From NCBI GenBank assembly GCA_045658845.1, contig JAZOVT010000093.1, positions 33,040-97,039 of the forward strand: 64,000 bases of DNA, written 5' to 3'. Below, one piece after another: positions 49,320 to 61,121 of this stretch (positions are counted from its first letter, which is position 1; the number at the start of each line of letters is the position of its first letter). A program made the translations under genes and the position numbers. The DNA is from Alistipes sp. Lineage in GTDB: Bacteria; Bacteroidota; Bacteroidia; Bacteroidales; Rikenellaceae. Below the pieces are notes generated by a model. That model worked only from the letters and a program-made list of their open reading frames with translations, was not told where the DNA came from and did not search any database.

Positions 49320-51215
49320 ATGGCAAGTTTTCTTCAGGTTGAAAATATAAGTAAATCATACGGAGACAATGTTCTCTTTCAAAATATCTCGTTCAATATA
49401 AACGAGGGCGACAAGATTGCTCTTATAGCCCCAAACGGAACGGGCAAGAGTTCCCTGCTAAAGATTCTTGCGGGAGTGGATTCATCCGACAGAGGCGGCG
49501 AGGTGAAGTTTATGAAGGATATAAAGGTTGCTTTCTTGGACCAGACAAGCAACTTCAACCCTCAAAATACCCTTTTCGATGAGGTCTATTCGCGTTTAGA
49601 CTCCACTTACGATGTCATCCGCAATTATGAGCAAGCCATCTCATCGGGCGATGAACGTGCCATCGAGCGAGCAATGGCCGCTATGGATTCCGTAGATGGA
49701 TGGAATGTAGAGCAACGCATCAAGCAGGTGCTTTCATCACTCAAACTATCACGCCTGGACCAGCCTATGAGCGAGTTGTCGGGTGGAGAGGCTAAACGTG
49801 CCGCCATAGCACTTTTGTTGTTGCAAGAGGCCGACTTCTTGATAATGGACGAGCCTACCAACCACCTCGACATTGATGTCATTGAATTCCTCGAATCGTT
49901 TCTCCAGAAAGCACGTTGTACGCTATTGATGGTGACGCACGACCGCTACTTTCTGGACCGTGTATGTAACACCATCTTTGAATTAGACCGAGGCGAACTA
50001 TATACATATAAAGGTAACTACTCGCTCTTCCTCGAAAAACGCGAAGAGCGATATAACAATATGCAGGCCAACATCGACAAGGCCCGTAACCTTTTGCGAC
50101 GTGAGTTGGAGTGGATTCGCGCCACACCACAGGCCCGCACAGGCAAGGCCCGCTATCGCATCAATGCATTTTACGACCTTAAGGATAAGGCCTCGGTGTC
50201 GCTATCTCGCCAACAGATGAATATCGACGTGGCCTCGTCGCGTTTGGGTGGCAAGATTATAGACTGCGAGGATGTATGCTTGAGTTTCGGAGAGCGCAAG
50301 ATGCTCGACGACTTTTCTTATAAGTTCTCGCGCTACGAACGTGTTGGTATCGTTGGTAAAAATGGTGCAGGAAAGAGTACATTCCTCAACCTTATGACAG
50401 GTATCCTGCAACCCGACAGCGGAAAGATAGAACGAGGCGAGACACTACGCATTGGCTACTATCGTCAGCAAGGCATAGAGTTTAAGACAGGACAGACTGT
50501 CCTTGAGATGGTACAAGATATAGCCGAGACAATCACTACGGCTGATGGTCATAGCATATCGGCAACAGCGATGCTTAATCGTTTTCTGTTCCCTGCCGAA
50601 GCACTAAATAAGCGTGTAGATATTTTGAGTGGAGGCGAGCAACGCCGATTATATCTGCTCACGGTGTTGATGCGTAACCCCAACTTCTTGATTCTCGACG
50701 AGCCGACCAACGACCTCGACATCCTGACGCTAAACATATTGGAGGAGTATCTGCAATCGTTCAAGGGTTGCTTACTAATCGTATCGCACGACCGCTACTT
50801 CTTGGATAAGACTGTGGAGCATATGTTTATATTCCGCGAAGGCGGTGAGGTCAAAGATTTTGTCGGCACATATAGCGAATACCGCGAATACATAAAGGAG
50901 CAGGAGGCTGAAGAGGCTGCTCGCGCCAAAGCCATTGCAGAGAAGCAAGCCAAGCAACAAGCCGCAGCAAAAACCAATGCAACGACAGCAACGCCTCAAC
51001 AGCGCAAGAAATTATCCTACAAGGAGCAGCGCGAATTGGAGCAGTTGGAGATTGAGATACCTCAATTAGAGGCCGAGAAGAGTGCGCTCGAAGAGGGACT
51101 TTCATCGGGCACACTTTCCCACGACGAGTTATCGGCTGCAGCCACACGCATAGGTGAGATAATCCAAATATTAGAGGAGAAAGAGATGCGATGGTTGGAG
51201 TTGAGCGAGATATAA
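49320..51215 (+). CDS. ABC-F family ATPase (Uup-like)
   Basis: Two NBDs (NGTGKS/LSGGE/DEPTN; NGAGKS/LSGGE/DEPTN), no TMs, C-terminal coiled coil. Confidence 0.93.
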   Translation: MASFLQVENISKSYGDNVLFQNISFNINEGDKIALIAPNGTGKSSLLKILAGVDSSDRGGEVKFMKDIKVAFLDQTSNFNPQNTLFDEVYSRLDSTYDVIRNYEQAISSGDERAIERAMAAMDSVDGWNVEQRIKQVLSSLKLSRLDQPMSELSGGEAKRAAIALLLLQEADFLIMDEPTNHLDIDVIEFLESFLQKARCTLLMVTHDRYFLDRVCNTIFELDRGELYTYKGNYSLFLEKREERYNNMQANIDKARNLLRRELEWIRATPQARTGKARYRINAFYDLKDKASVSLSRQQMNIDVASSRLGGKIIDCEDVCLSFGERKMLDDFSYKFSRYERVGIVGKNGAGKSTFLNLMTGILQPDSGKIERGETLRIGYYRQQGIEFKTGQTVLEMVQDIAETITTADGHSISATAMLNRFLFPAEALNKRVDILSGGEQRRLYLLTVLMRNPNFLILDEPTNDLDILTLNILEEYLQSFKGCLLIVSHDRYFLDKTVEHMFIFREGGEVKDFVGTYSEYREYIKEQEAEEAARAKAIAEKQAKQQAAAKTNATTATPQQRKKLSYKEQRELEQLEIEIPQLEAEKSALEEGLSSGTLSHDELSAAATRIGEIIQILEEKEMRWLELSEI

Positions 51216-51246
51216 TATAACCCCGTACGACACACTTGAATTTATA

Positions 51247-52236
51247 ATGCAACTATACACCAAAACACTGATAAAACCCTTCAGCCAGAGAATCAGCCAC
51301 ACGAGTTCGATTCTCTCTCTGGGGTCGTGTTTTGCCGACAATATGGCCAAGAGGCTAAACTCATTAAAATTCGATGTTACATCGTCACCTACAGGAATAC
51401 TATTCAATCCCGAATCAATAGCACTTGCCATAGAGCGATTCGCGGCATATAATGATGGAGATAGCAGTGCATTGCCTCAACGCAACGAGTTACATTACGA
51501 TAACGGATTGTGGTTTCACTACGATTTTCATTCAGCATTTTCCAGTAGTGACTCCGACAAGGCCTTGGAGCAGATGCAGGAGGCTGTAAAGTTAGGAGCA
51601 GAGGCATTAAAGCGAGCCGATACGGTTATTATTACATTTGGCAGTGCAATAATATATAGGTATAACGAGAATCAACAGGTCGTTGCCAACTGCCACAAGC
51701 AACCACAACGGCTCTTCGCCAAAGAGATGCTTGATGTAGAGTCTATTGCGGAGCGTTACTTAAAGTTATGCTTTAACTCATTGGCCGACAAACGTGTAAT
51801 CTTTACGGTAAGCCCGATACGCCACTTAAGTGACGGGCTGGAAATCAACTCGTTAAGTAAGGCCACATTACGCGTTGCTATAGACAAGATAGCACAACGC
51901 GCTGATAATGTGACATATTTCCCTGCATTCGAGATTATGAATGACGAGTTGCGCGATTATCGTTTTTATGCCGACGATATGACACACCCTACTCCATTGG
52001 CTATTAATTATATATGGAAACGATTCGCAGATGCGGCATTCGACGATGATACAAAAAAATTAATATCTCGCATCGAACAGATTGCCGCCGATATGGCTCA
52101 CCACCCATTCAACCCCGATTGTGAGCCATATAAAATATTCTGTGCCAAAAATTTAACTCGCATAGCGACATTAGAACAGGAGTATCCGCAATTAGATTTC
52201 AACGAGGAAAAAACACACTTTAGTAAATATTTATAA
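51247..52236 (+). CDS. GSCFA domain protein
   Basis: LGSCFA, VANCHK, FTVSPIRH, DELRDYRFY..DMTHP. Confidence 0.93.
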   Translation: MQLYTKTLIKPFSQRISHTSSILSLGSCFADNMAKRLNSLKFDVTSSPTGILFNPESIALAIERFAAYNDGDSSALPQRNELHYDNGLWFHYDFHSAFSSSDSDKALEQMQEAVKLGAEALKRADTVIITFGSAIIYRYNENQQVVANCHKQPQRLFAKEMLDVESIAERYLKLCFNSLADKRVIFTVSPIRHLSDGLEINSLSKATLRVAIDKIAQRADNVTYFPAFEIMNDELRDYRFYADDMTHPTPLAINYIWKRFADAAFDDDTKKLISRIEQIAADMAHHPFNPDCEPYKIFCAKNLTRIATLEQEYPQLDFNEEKTHFSKYL

Positions 52237-52275
52237 ATATTTGTAGTAATTTTACAACCGAAATAATTTTAGCAA

Positions 52276-53901
52276 ATGAAAAAGTTTTTACTCTACATAT
52301 CGGCCATCACAACAATAATCGCCTCACTCGCCATAAACGAGGCTGTAGCAGCCGAACAACCACGCCTTTTGGTCAATATTGTTGTAAGCGGTATGCGTAC
52401 TGACGATTTAGTGCGTTACAACAAAAATTTCTCAAATGGAGGATTCAATCGTTTGATAAACAATGGAGCATATTTCACAAATGCCTCATACGATTATATG
52501 CAGACTACCACACCCGTATCGTTGGCAACGCTCTCAACGGGTGCTATGCCCTCGACTCACGGAGTTGTATCGGATAGTTGGTTTGATTATGTAGGCAACA
52601 AGCGTGTATCACTCATTGAGGATAGCAAGGAAAAGTGTGTGAATTACAGTGGTGATGCCATAGGATACTCTCCCCGACAACTCATCGCCGAGACCATAAG
52701 CGACGCAATGAAGCAGAGCGACAGCACAAGTCGAGTGGCGACCATCGCCATAGAGCCTTTGTCGGCAATCGTTACGGCAGGACACTCTGGCGAGGTCTAT
52801 TGGATGGAGACCCTGCAAACAGACTGGACCACATCATCATACTACACACAAGAATTACCAGCGTGGATTACACAATACAATCAGACGGAAAAAAATCTCG
52901 ACTTTCTGACCAAGCGTTGGAATGCACTTCTGGAGTATGACAATTACCTCAATTCGCGCGTTGCGTGCATCGAAGGATTGAAAAGTAAACAGAACAAGCG
53001 CATAGACCATATTGAGGAGGACGCAGCAGAGATAAAGAAAATCTTCAGCGATGAATACGCGCAGATGTGCTATACACCTACGGGTAACAGCGCATTGTTG
53101 GCATTTGCAAAGCAGATGGTTGCCAACAGCAAGATGGGTGGCGACGAAGTGCCCGATATATTAAACATTGTATTGGATACTCCGCGCAAAATATGTGGCC
53201 GTTTTGGCCCCGAATCAGTAGAGTATGAGGATATGCTCTATCGTTTGGACCGTGACCTTGAGGAGTTTATATCATTCGTCACAGCACAAGTAACCGACCC
53301 ACAACAGATAGTTATAACACTCTGTTCGGACCACGGAACAAGCCCTTCGTTCGATATAGAGAGTAATCACGTCGAGCGATTCAATGTCCGTCAGGCCGAG
53401 GTCATTACCAACGCATTCATCGGTGCGCAGCACGGTAATGGCGAGTGGGTTTTGGGCTACATTGACCGCGCATTTTACCTCAACCACGACCTGATTATCG
53501 AGAAAGGCTTATCGCTTAAGGATATGCAGCACGATGTGGCAACATTTATGATGCAGTTACGCGGTGTATCACACGCCGTAGCAGCCGAAGCAATGCGTAA
53601 CACATATTTCGGTAGCGGATATGGCCGCAAGATACAGAACGGCTTTTACCCACGTCGTTCGGGTGACGTGATTATCAACCTGATGCCCGAATGGATTGAG
53701 GAGAAAGAGAATGTTCGTTCTTCATCGGGCTCGATGTATTTGTATGACAGAGAGGTGCCGTTAATCATCTTTGGCGGAGGAGTCAGCAAAGGCAAATACA
53801 ACGAAAAAGTCGATATGACATCTTTGGCGACTACCTCTGCTCGTCTGTTGGGTATAGATTCACCCTCGGCTGCCGAAGGCGAAGTGTTAAACATATTTTA
53901 G
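52276..53901 (+). CDS. PafA-like alkaline phosphatase superfamily protein, probably inactive
   Basis: GGFNRL, TGAMPSTHG, SDHG, RSGD, YDREVPL. Several metal ligands are missing. Confidence 0.85.
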   Translation: MKKFLLYISAITTIIASLAINEAVAAEQPRLLVNIVVSGMRTDDLVRYNKNFSNGGFNRLINNGAYFTNASYDYMQTTTPVSLATLSTGAMPSTHGVVSDSWFDYVGNKRVSLIEDSKEKCVNYSGDAIGYSPRQLIAETISDAMKQSDSTSRVATIAIEPLSAIVTAGHSGEVYWMETLQTDWTTSSYYTQELPAWITQYNQTEKNLDFLTKRWNALLEYDNYLNSRVACIEGLKSKQNKRIDHIEEDAAEIKKIFSDEYAQMCYTPTGNSALLAFAKQMVANSKMGGDEVPDILNIVLDTPRKICGRFGPESVEYEDMLYRLDRDLEEFISFVTAQVTDPQQIVITLCSDHGTSPSFDIESNHVERFNVRQAEVITNAFIGAQHGNGEWVLGYIDRAFYLNHDLIIEKGLSLKDMQHDVATFMMQLRGVSHAVAAEAMRNTYFGSGYGRKIQNGFYPRRSGDVIINLMPEWIEEKENVRSSSGSMYLYDREVPLIIFGGGVSKGKYNEKVDMTSLATTSARLLGIDSPSAAEGEVLNIF

Positions 53902-53915
53902 AATATTTTCAAGCA

Positions 53916-54332
53916 ATGAAAGACGCAATACAAGAGGAGATAATCGAAGAGTTCGCAATATTTGACGATTGGTTGGATAAGTATGACTATCTGATTGAGT
54001 TGAGTGATACCCTGCCCGCCATAGCAGCCGAACATCGCACGGAAGAGTATGTGATAAAAGGTTGCCAATCGAGAGTGTGGGTAGATGCAAAAATGGAGGA
54101 TGGAAAGATATATTATTCAGCAGATAGTGATGCGATAATTACCAAAGGCATAATCGCTCTACTCATTCGCGTGATGAATGGTCGAGAGCCAAAGGAGGTC
54201 GTCGATATGGATTTATACTTCATAGATGCCATAGGATTGAGCGAGAACCTATCGCCTACGCGTAGCAATGGCTTGGTGGCTATGATTAAGCAAATGAAGA
54301 TGTTTGCGTTGGCCTTTGCTGCAAAAGCGTAA
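53916..54332 (+). CDS. sufE: SufE family protein
   Basis: GCQSRVW, DSDAII, LSPTRSNGL. Confidence 0.95.
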   Translation: MKDAIQEEIIEEFAIFDDWLDKYDYLIELSDTLPAIAAEHRTEEYVIKGCQSRVWVDAKMEDGKIYYSADSDAIITKGIIALLIRVMNGREPKEVVDMDLYFIDAIGLSENLSPTRSNGLVAMIKQMKMFALAFAAKA

Positions 54333-54378
54333 GCCAACGAGGATTAGTCACCAGATTTATGTTAATGAGAAAATAGGG

Positions 54379-54702
54379 ATGATGACACCAGAAGACATAT
54401 TAAGGGTTGAGCACGATATCGTGCTGACGTTAAAGAACATATACGACCCCGAAATACCTGTTAATATTTACGACTTGGGGCTTATCTACGAGATTGATTT
54501 CGACCCCGAAGGTGTGGCCAACATAAAGATGACTTTAACAGCGCCCAACTGCCCTATGGCAGATATGCTGGTCGAGGATATAAACATACAGGTCAAAAAG
54601 ATTAAAGGCGTAGAGTCGGTAAACATAATACTCACATTCGAGCCACCTTGGGACAAGAGTATGATGAGCGAGGAGGCGCTATTGGAGTTAAATCTACTGT
54701 AA
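54379..54702 (+). CDS. DUF59/SufT Fe-S assembly protein
   Basis: YDPEIPVNIYDLGLIY, MTLTAPNCP, FEPPW. Confidence 0.93.
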   Translation: MMTPEDILRVEHDIVLTLKNIYDPEIPVNIYDLGLIYEIDFDPEGVANIKMTLTAPNCPMADMLVEDINIQVKKIKGVESVNIILTFEPPWDKSMMSEEALLELNLL

Positions 54703-54748
54703 TTAAACCACAACACTATCCATCGTAACGACACGCAGATAATAAGAT

Positions 54749-55723
54749 ATGGATGCGACGAAAAGAGTGATAAATAAGTTGAAAGCAGGTGCATCGTATT
54801 TCGCCTGTGGGGCTTATTTGGCATCACTCGACCAGTTGCATCGTACCGAGATATACAACACGTTGGGATTTGAGCGTTTAGAGCGAAAGAACAAAGATAT
54901 CACGCGCCTCTACGAAGAGTGTAATTCTAATTGGCCGCAGACCTTCTATATGGTACTACTACGCACGATGGGAGGCATCGACAACAAAGAGGCCTTTACT
55001 GAACTTGCACGCCGAGTACCTTATGCGGCTATATTGCGTGAGAAGATGGTACCTCAAAACATCGAGGCTATGCTCATTGGAGCAACCGGCTTGTTGGAGT
55101 TGTATCAGCACGATGAGTATATACTCAACCTAAAACGCAATTTCGAATATTTAGCCGCGAAATATTCTATCGAGGCAATGGAGGCCTCTGCGTGGAAACT
55201 CACGCACATCTATCCAAATAATCATCCAATATTACGACTCTCGCAGATTACAACATTTCTGGTCCATACGCAGAATGTGATGGACAGGATTTTGGAGTGT
55301 CGTACGGGAGATGATGTAAACCGCCTATTCGGGGTAGAGACATTGCCTTATTGGCTGACACACTACACTCCCGCATCAACATCCCGCACTGTAGCAAAGC
55401 GAATCGGTCGCACGAAGAGTGATTTGCTGGCCATCAATCTCATAGCACAGATGCAGTTTGCCTATGGTTCGTACATCGCAAGCGAGAGCCTGCGAGAGAG
55501 GGCATTGTCGCTATTGGAAAATATTGCGGCTGAAAAGAATTCAATCATAGCACAATGGAACAGTTACGGGCCATTGGCTCGCTCGGCATTCGACAGTCAG
55601 GCCTTGTTGCAACTATCCTTCGAGTACTGCAAACATCATCGCTGCGAGGAGTGCATCGTGGGCCGACGAATATTGCGGCAAACAGCAAAAAAGACTCAAA
55701 CAGAAGAAACTACTACATTATGA
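54749..55723 (+). CDS. DUF2851-like protein
   Basis: ERLERK, YPNNHPILRL, YWLTHY, SQALLQL..YC...C..C.VG. Confidence 0.75.
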   Translation: MDATKRVINKLKAGASYFACGAYLASLDQLHRTEIYNTLGFERLERKNKDITRLYEECNSNWPQTFYMVLLRTMGGIDNKEAFTELARRVPYAAILREKMVPQNIEAMLIGATGLLELYQHDEYILNLKRNFEYLAAKYSIEAMEASAWKLTHIYPNNHPILRLSQITTFLVHTQNVMDRILECRTGDDVNRLFGVETLPYWLTHYTPASTSRTVAKRIGRTKSDLLAINLIAQMQFAYGSYIASESLRERALSLLENIAAEKNSIIAQWNSYGPLARSAFDSQALLQLSFEYCKHHRCEECIVGRRILRQTAKKTQTEETTTL

Positions 55724-57624
55724 AACAGATAATTTTAGGCATTATGACCGTTGTGGCCTTAATGTCGGGTTGTTCACGACCTACAGAAGATATATTTTTA
55801 GAGGCAGAGAGTATGGGCAACTGCGGTGGTTGGGTTGTGGACCAACAATCAATGATGCAGATGGGCTCGCCTTACCTTATGGCGCACGGTATGGGCCGAG
55901 TGGTAGAGGATGCTACGACAGAGATAACACTCGACAAAAGCGGAAGTTATCGTTTGTGGGTACGCACACGAGATTGGACTCGTCGTTGGGGCAAGGAGCA
56001 GTCAGCAGGACAATTTCAGGTGGTAATAAACGGCAAGGCATCAAATTCGATATTCGGCACAGAGCAGGCCGAGTGGCATTGGCAGGATGGTGGCGTAGTA
56101 AGACTCAAGAACGGCACGAACAAAATTGCGTTGCACGACCTTACGGGATTCAATGGCCGATGCGATGCTATATATTTTGCGGCAGACAAACGTGCAACGC
56201 CCCCGACAGATGGCGAGGCATTGTCAGCATTCCGCCAAGAGAAATCGAGCGCAAATAAGGCCATAGAGGGTGGTGAGTATGATTTAGTCGTTGTCGGCGG
56301 AGGCATAGCAGGTTGCTGTGCGGCGGTAAGTGCAGCAAGACTTGGTTGCAAAGTAGCGCTTATTCATAACCGCCCTGTTTTGGGTGGAAATAACTCCTCG
56401 GAGGTGAGAGTAGGACTTTCGGGACTCATTATGCAGCAGCCCTACCCCAATTTGGGACTATTATTAGACGAGTTGGGAGGTGTCGGACATTGGACCAAAT
56501 ATGAGGCTGAACAAAATCCCAACAGCAAACGTAGTCAGCAGATTATGAGTATTTTGGAAAAGCATCCCGAAAAGATACAACACAATGCAGGACCGAAATC
56601 TAACTATGAAGATGAAAAGAAGTTGGCACTTATTTCAGCCGAAAAGAATATTACGCTATTCCTCTCAACACACGTCACAGATATCGAAAAAGAGGGCAAC
56701 AAAATTATAGCCGTCAGGGGCAAAGATATAAAGACGGGAGAAGAGACAATTTTTAGAGGAAAATTATTTGCCGATTGTACTGGAGATGGTGACGTAGGCT
56801 ACTTGGCTGGAGCCGATTACCGTATGGGGCGCGAGAGCAAAGCCGAAACGGGCGAAAGACGAGCACCCGAAGTAGCCGACTCGTTGGTTATGGGCACATC
56901 GGTGCAATGGTATGCAGAGGATTGCGGCAAGGAGTCCTCATTCCCCGAATGTCCCTGGGCTGTGGAGTTTAATGAGCAAACCTATAGACCTATAACTCGC
57001 GGCGATTGGGATTGGGAAGCAGGACTTACAGACAATCAGATTACCGAGATAGAGTACATACGCGACTATGCTTTGCGAGCCGTATATGGCAATTGGGATT
57101 TTATTAAAAATCGTAGCCCGAAAAAGGAGGAGTTTAAGAATCAGGAGTTGCAGTGGGTGGCCTACATTGGCGGTAAGCGCGAATCGCGCCGTTTGATGGG
57201 AGACATTATCCTATGCGAACAGGACTTATTGGAGAGCAAACACTACGACGACGCCTCGTTCACTACAACTTGGGGTATAGACCTGCACTACCCTAAAAAG
57301 ATTGAAGGATTCAACGAGGAGCCATTCTTGTCGTATTGCGAATCGGACGAGATTAAGCCCTACGCCGTACCCTATCGTTGTCTCTACTCACGCAATATCG
57401 AAAATCTGTTTATGGCGGGCCGTAACATCAGTGTTACACACGTCGCATTAGGCACTATCAGAGTTATGCGTACAGGCGGAATGATGGGCGAAGTTGTAGG
57501 TATGGCGGCATCGCTCTGCACAAAGCATAAAACCTCACCCAGAGGCATTTACAACGAACATTTACCCGAACTCAAAACCCTGATGAAAGAGGGTGTTGGC
57601 AAGGCGGGATTTGACCAAAGATAA
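55720..57624 (+). CDS. FAD-dependent oxidoreductase lipoprotein
   Basis: Start ATG overlaps the upstream TGA; lipobox MSGC; VGGGIAG, LGGNNSSE, DCTGDG, KRESRR, VPYRCL, AGRNIS. Confidence 0.9.
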   Translation: MKQIILGIMTVVALMSGCSRPTEDIFLEAESMGNCGGWVVDQQSMMQMGSPYLMAHGMGRVVEDATTEITLDKSGSYRLWVRTRDWTRRWGKEQSAGQFQVVINGKASNSIFGTEQAEWHWQDGGVVRLKNGTNKIALHDLTGFNGRCDAIYFAADKRATPPTDGEALSAFRQEKSSANKAIEGGEYDLVVVGGGIAGCCAAVSAARLGCKVALIHNRPVLGGNNSSEVRVGLSGLIMQQPYPNLGLLLDELGGVGHWTKYEAEQNPNSKRSQQIMSILEKHPEKIQHNAGPKSNYEDEKKLALISAEKNITLFLSTHVTDIEKEGNKIIAVRGKDIKTGEETIFRGKLFADCTGDGDVGYLAGADYRMGRESKAETGERRAPEVADSLVMGTSVQWYAEDCGKESSFPECPWAVEFNEQTYRPITRGDWDWEAGLTDNQITEIEYIRDYALRAVYGNWDFIKNRSPKKEEFKNQELQWVAYIGGKRESRRLMGDIILCEQDLLESKHYDDASFTTTWGIDLHYPKKIEGFNEEPFLSYCESDEIKPYAVPYRCLYSRNIENLFMAGRNISVTHVALGTIRVMRTGGMMGEVVGMAASLCTKHKTSPRGIYNEHLPELKTLMKEGVGKAGFDQR

Positions 57625-57647
57625 GAGCGATTGACACAAACGAATAA

Positions 57648-57688
57648 GGCCCTGTCTAACGATAAAAAGTTAGGCAGGGTTTCATTTT
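57648..57688 (+). terminator. Intrinsic terminator
   Basis: CCCTGTCTAAC / GTTAGGCAGGG stem followed by a T-rich tail. Confidence 0.7.
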
Positions 57689-57801
57689 ATGATTTTCAGG
57701 TTTGGAAAATGGATTATTACGAGGCTTATTTTTTGCTATTTGACAATAAATCATTATTTTTGTAGGATTATAAACGCAAAAAGAAAAAACAATAAATAAT
57801 T

Positions 57802-60800
57802 ATGGATATAGTTAGCAATATTATCAAACTTTTGTTCGGCTCAACGGCAGATAAGGATAGAAAGCAGATTGAGCCTTATGTAAAGAAAATCACAGAGATT
57901 TACCCCTCGATAAAGGCGCTCTCGAATGATGAGTTGCGTGCACACAGTGCAGGCTTGATGAAGAAGATTGCAGACTTCATCGCAGCCGACGAGGCACATA
58001 TCGTAGAGTTGAAGGCAAAGTTGGAATTGGCCGAAACAACCCTTTCGGATAAGGAGAAGATTTCGAAAGAGATTGACACCACAACAAAGCGTATTGATGA
58101 GAAAATCGAGCAGGTACTGGATGAGATTCTTCCCGAGGCATTCGCCATTATGAAAGATACGGCTCGCCGATTTACAGAATTTGATACCGTAGAGGTTACG
58201 GCTAACGACTTCGACCGCAACTTGGCCGCTCACAAGGATTTCGTAACAATTGAGGATGACAAGGCCATCTATCAGACACACTGGATTGCTGGAGGTAACG
58301 ACCTCAAGTGGGAGATGGTACACTACGACGTACAGTTGTTCGGTGGTGTGGTATTGCACAAGGGTAAAATTTCGGAGATGGCTACGGGTGAGGGTAAAAC
58401 TTTGGTAGCGACATTGCCCGTATTCTTGAACGCCTTGGCACGTAAGGGCGTACACGTCGTTACGGTGAACGACTACTTGGCACGTCGTGACTCGGAGTGG
58501 ATGGGCCCGATGTATGAGTTTCACGGTCTGTCGGTAGATTGTATCGACAAGCACCAGCCCAACTCTGAGGCTCGCCGTAAGGCATATATGGCAGATATTA
58601 CGTTTGGTACTAATAACGAGTATGGTTTTGACTACCTGCGCGACAATATGGCATCTTCGCCCAAAGACCTCGTGCAGCGCAAGCACCACTATGCTATTGT
58701 CGATGAGGTGGACTCGGTATTGATTGACGATGCTCGTACTCCGCTTATCATCTCTGGTCCTGTACCCAAGGGTGACGACCAACTCTTCGAGCAGTATCGC
58801 CCCTCGATTGAGCACCTTTACAGCTTGCAAAAGAACTTGGTGACATCATTGGTTGCCGAGTCACGAAAGTTGTTCGCCGAAGGCAAGGTAGATGAGGGTG
58901 GTGTATTGCTCTATCGTGCACACAAGGGACTTCCCAAATATAAGCCAATCATCAAGTTCCTCTCGGAGCAGGGTATCAAGGTACAGTTCCAGAAGACGGA
59001 GAATATCTTTATGCAGGATAACAACCGTCGTATGCCCGAGATTACCGATGAACTCTACTTCGTGATTGACGAGAAGTTGAATTCGGTAGAACTTACTGAC
59101 AAGGGTCACGAGGTATTGTCAAAGTACTTTAACGAGGATAAGTTCTTCGTATTGCCCGACATCGGTAGCGAGGTAGCCGAGTTGGAGAAGAGCGACCTAA
59201 CACCCGAAGAGAAGATGCAGCGCAAGGACCAGGTAATCAACGACTACTCTATCAAGACCGAGCGTGTGCACACAGTAAATCAGTTGCTTAAGGCATACTC
59301 GATGTTCGAAAAGGATGTAGAGTATGTTGTGATGGACAACAAGGTGAAGATTGTCGATGAGCAGACAGGTCGTATCCTTGACGGACGTCGTTATTCGGAC
59401 GGATTGCATCAGGCTATCGAGGCTAAAGAGCGCGTAAAGGTGGAGGCCGCAACACAGACATTTGCTACAATTACGTTGCAGAACTACTTCCGTATGTACC
59501 ACAAGTTGGCAGGTATGACAGGTACTGCCGAGACCGAGGCATCGGAGTTCTGGAACATCTACAAGTTGGATGTTGTAGTTATCCCGACCAACAAGCCCGT
59601 CATTCGTGATGACCGCGAGGACCTTATCTACAAGACAAAGCGCGAGAAATATAACGCTGTAATTGATGAGGTTGTACGCCTGGTAGAGCAGAAGCGCCCC
59701 GTATTGGTTGGTACAACATCAGTCGAGATTTCGGAGTTGTTGAGCCGTATGTTGAAGTTGCGCGGCATCAAGCACAACGTACTTAACGCCAAGCAACACC
59801 AGTTGGAGGCGCAAATTGTAGCCGAGGCGGGTCGTTCAGGTCAGGTGACTATCGCTACAAATATGGCAGGTCGTGGTACCGATATCAAACTTACTCCCGA
59901 AGTTAAGGAGGCAGGAGGTTTGGCCATCATAGGTACGGAGCGCCACGAGAGCCGTCGTGTAGACCGTCAGTTGCGTGGTCGTTCAGGACGTCAGGGAGAC
60001 CCAGGTTCATCACAGTTCTTCGTATCGTTGGAGGATGATTTGATGCGTCTGTTCGGCTCGGAGCGTATCGCTACTATGATGGACAGAATGGGTATTCAAG
60101 AGGGTGAGGTTATTCAGGCCTCTATGATGTCAAAGGCTATCGAGCGTGCGCAGAAGAAGGTTGAGGAGAACAACTTCGGTATTCGTAAGCGCTTGTTGGA
60201 GTATGATGATGTGATGAACTCTCAGCGTGAGGTGATTTACACACGTCGTCGCCACGCCCTTTACGGTGAGCGCATTGAGATTGACCTTAACAATACGATG
60301 TACGACTTTGCCGAGAAGTTTATGGAGGCACACGAGGGTATGGACTACGAGTCATTCTCGTTTGAACTCATCCGCGAGGTAGCGCTCCAACCTACATTCG
60401 ACGAGGCTACATATAACTCTGCCAAGCCAAAGGAGATTGTTGAGTTGATTGTTAAGGATTTGCACAATCTCTATGCACGCCGTGGCAAGGCTGCAGCCGA
60501 TACGGTACGCGCTACGATGGAGAAGATATATGAGGACAACAAGCATTTGATGGACCGCATAATCCACTTCCCGCTCACAGATGGTAACTTGGGATTCCAC
60601 GTACCCGTAGAGTTGCAGAAGTGTAAGGATACCGATTGCGCCGAGATTTACAAGGTGTTTGCAAAGATTGTGATGTTCACCACAATCGACGATGCTTGGC
60701 GTGAGCATTTGCGTGAGATGGATGAGTTGCGCCACACCGTACAGAATGCTACATATGAGCAGAAAGACCCGTTGCTTATCTATAAGTTGGAGTCTTACAA

Positions 60801-61095
60801 CCTCTTTGCAAAGATGTTGGATAAGATTAACCGCGATATACTTGCAATACTCAACAAGGCCTACATACCGACACGCGAGAACAACCCCGAGTCGGTACAG
60901 CAGGAGCGCCAGCAGAAGGCAAAGGTGGATGTAAATAAGTTGCAGGCATCGCGTATGGCTGCGGCAGCAGCGGCAGGTCAGGCCGAGAAGAGTAAGCCCG
61001 CCCCGATTAAGGTTGAGAAGAAGGTTGGCCGTAACGACCCCTGCCCTTGCGGTAGCGGTAAAAAATACAAGCACTGCCACGGCAAGGCTATGTAA
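57802..61095 (+). CDS. secA: Preprotein translocase subunit SecA
   Basis: [64 protein letters not shown]. Confidence 0.99.
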   Translation: MDIVSNIIKLLFGSTADKDRKQIEPYVKKITEIYPSIKALSNDELRAHSAGLMKKIADFIAADEAHIVELKAKLELAETTLSDKEKISKEIDTTTKRIDEKIEQVLDEILPEAFAIMKDTARRFTEFDTVEVTANDFDRNLAAHKDFVTIEDDKAIYQTHWIAGGNDLKWEMVHYDVQLFGGVVLHKGKISEMATGEGKTLVATLPVFLNALARKGVHVVTVNDYLARRDSEWMGPMYEFHGLSVDCIDKHQPNSEARRKAYMADITFGTNNEYGFDYLRDNMASSPKDLVQRKHHYAIVDEVDSVLIDDARTPLIISGPVPKGDDQLFEQYRPSIEHLYSLQKNLVTSLVAESRKLFAEGKVDEGGVLLYRAHKGLPKYKPIIKFLSEQGIKVQFQKTENIFMQDNNRRMPEITDELYFVIDEKLNSVELTDKGHEVLSKYFNEDKFFVLPDIGSEVAELEKSDLTPEEKMQRKDQVINDYSIKTERVHTVNQLLKAYSMFEKDVEYVVMDNKVKIVDEQTGRILDGRRYSDGLHQAIEAKERVKVEAATQTFATITLQNYFRMYHKLAGMTGTAETEASEFWNIYKLDVVVIPTNKPVIRDDREDLIYKTKREKYNAVIDEVVRLVEQKRPVLVGTTSVEISELLSRMLKLRGIKHNVLNAKQHQLEAQIVAEAGRSGQVTIATNMAGRGTDIKLTPEVKEAGGLAIIGTERHESRRVDRQLRGRSGRQGDPGSSQFFVSLEDDLMRLFGSERIATMMDRMGIQEGEVIQASMMSKAIERAQKKVEENNFGIRKRLLEYDDVMNSQREVIYTRRRHALYGERIEIDLNNTMYDFAEKFMEAHEGMDYESFSFELIREVALQPTFDEATYNSAKPKEIVELIVKDLHNLYARRGKAAADTVRATMEKIYEDNKHLMDRIIHFPLTDGNLGFHVPVELQKCKDTDCAEIYKVFAKIVMFTTIDDAWREHLREMDELRHTVQNATYEQKDPLLIYKLESYNLFAKMLDKINRDILAILNKAYIPTRENNPESVQQERQQKAKVDVNKLQASRMAAAAAAGQAEKSKPAPIKVEKKVGRNDPCPCGSGKKYKHCHGKAM

Positions 61096-61121
61096 TTAGG
61101 CCCTGATATTCAATAGCGAAG

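Noticed and set aside
54340-54367. dif-like TTATGTTAA
   Set aside because: Only a partial XerD arm; the XerC arm does not match.
55555-55719. N-terminal extension of the FAD oxidoreductase in the ORF track
   Set aside because: It overlaps the upstream gene. The signal peptide and lipobox begin at ATG 55720.
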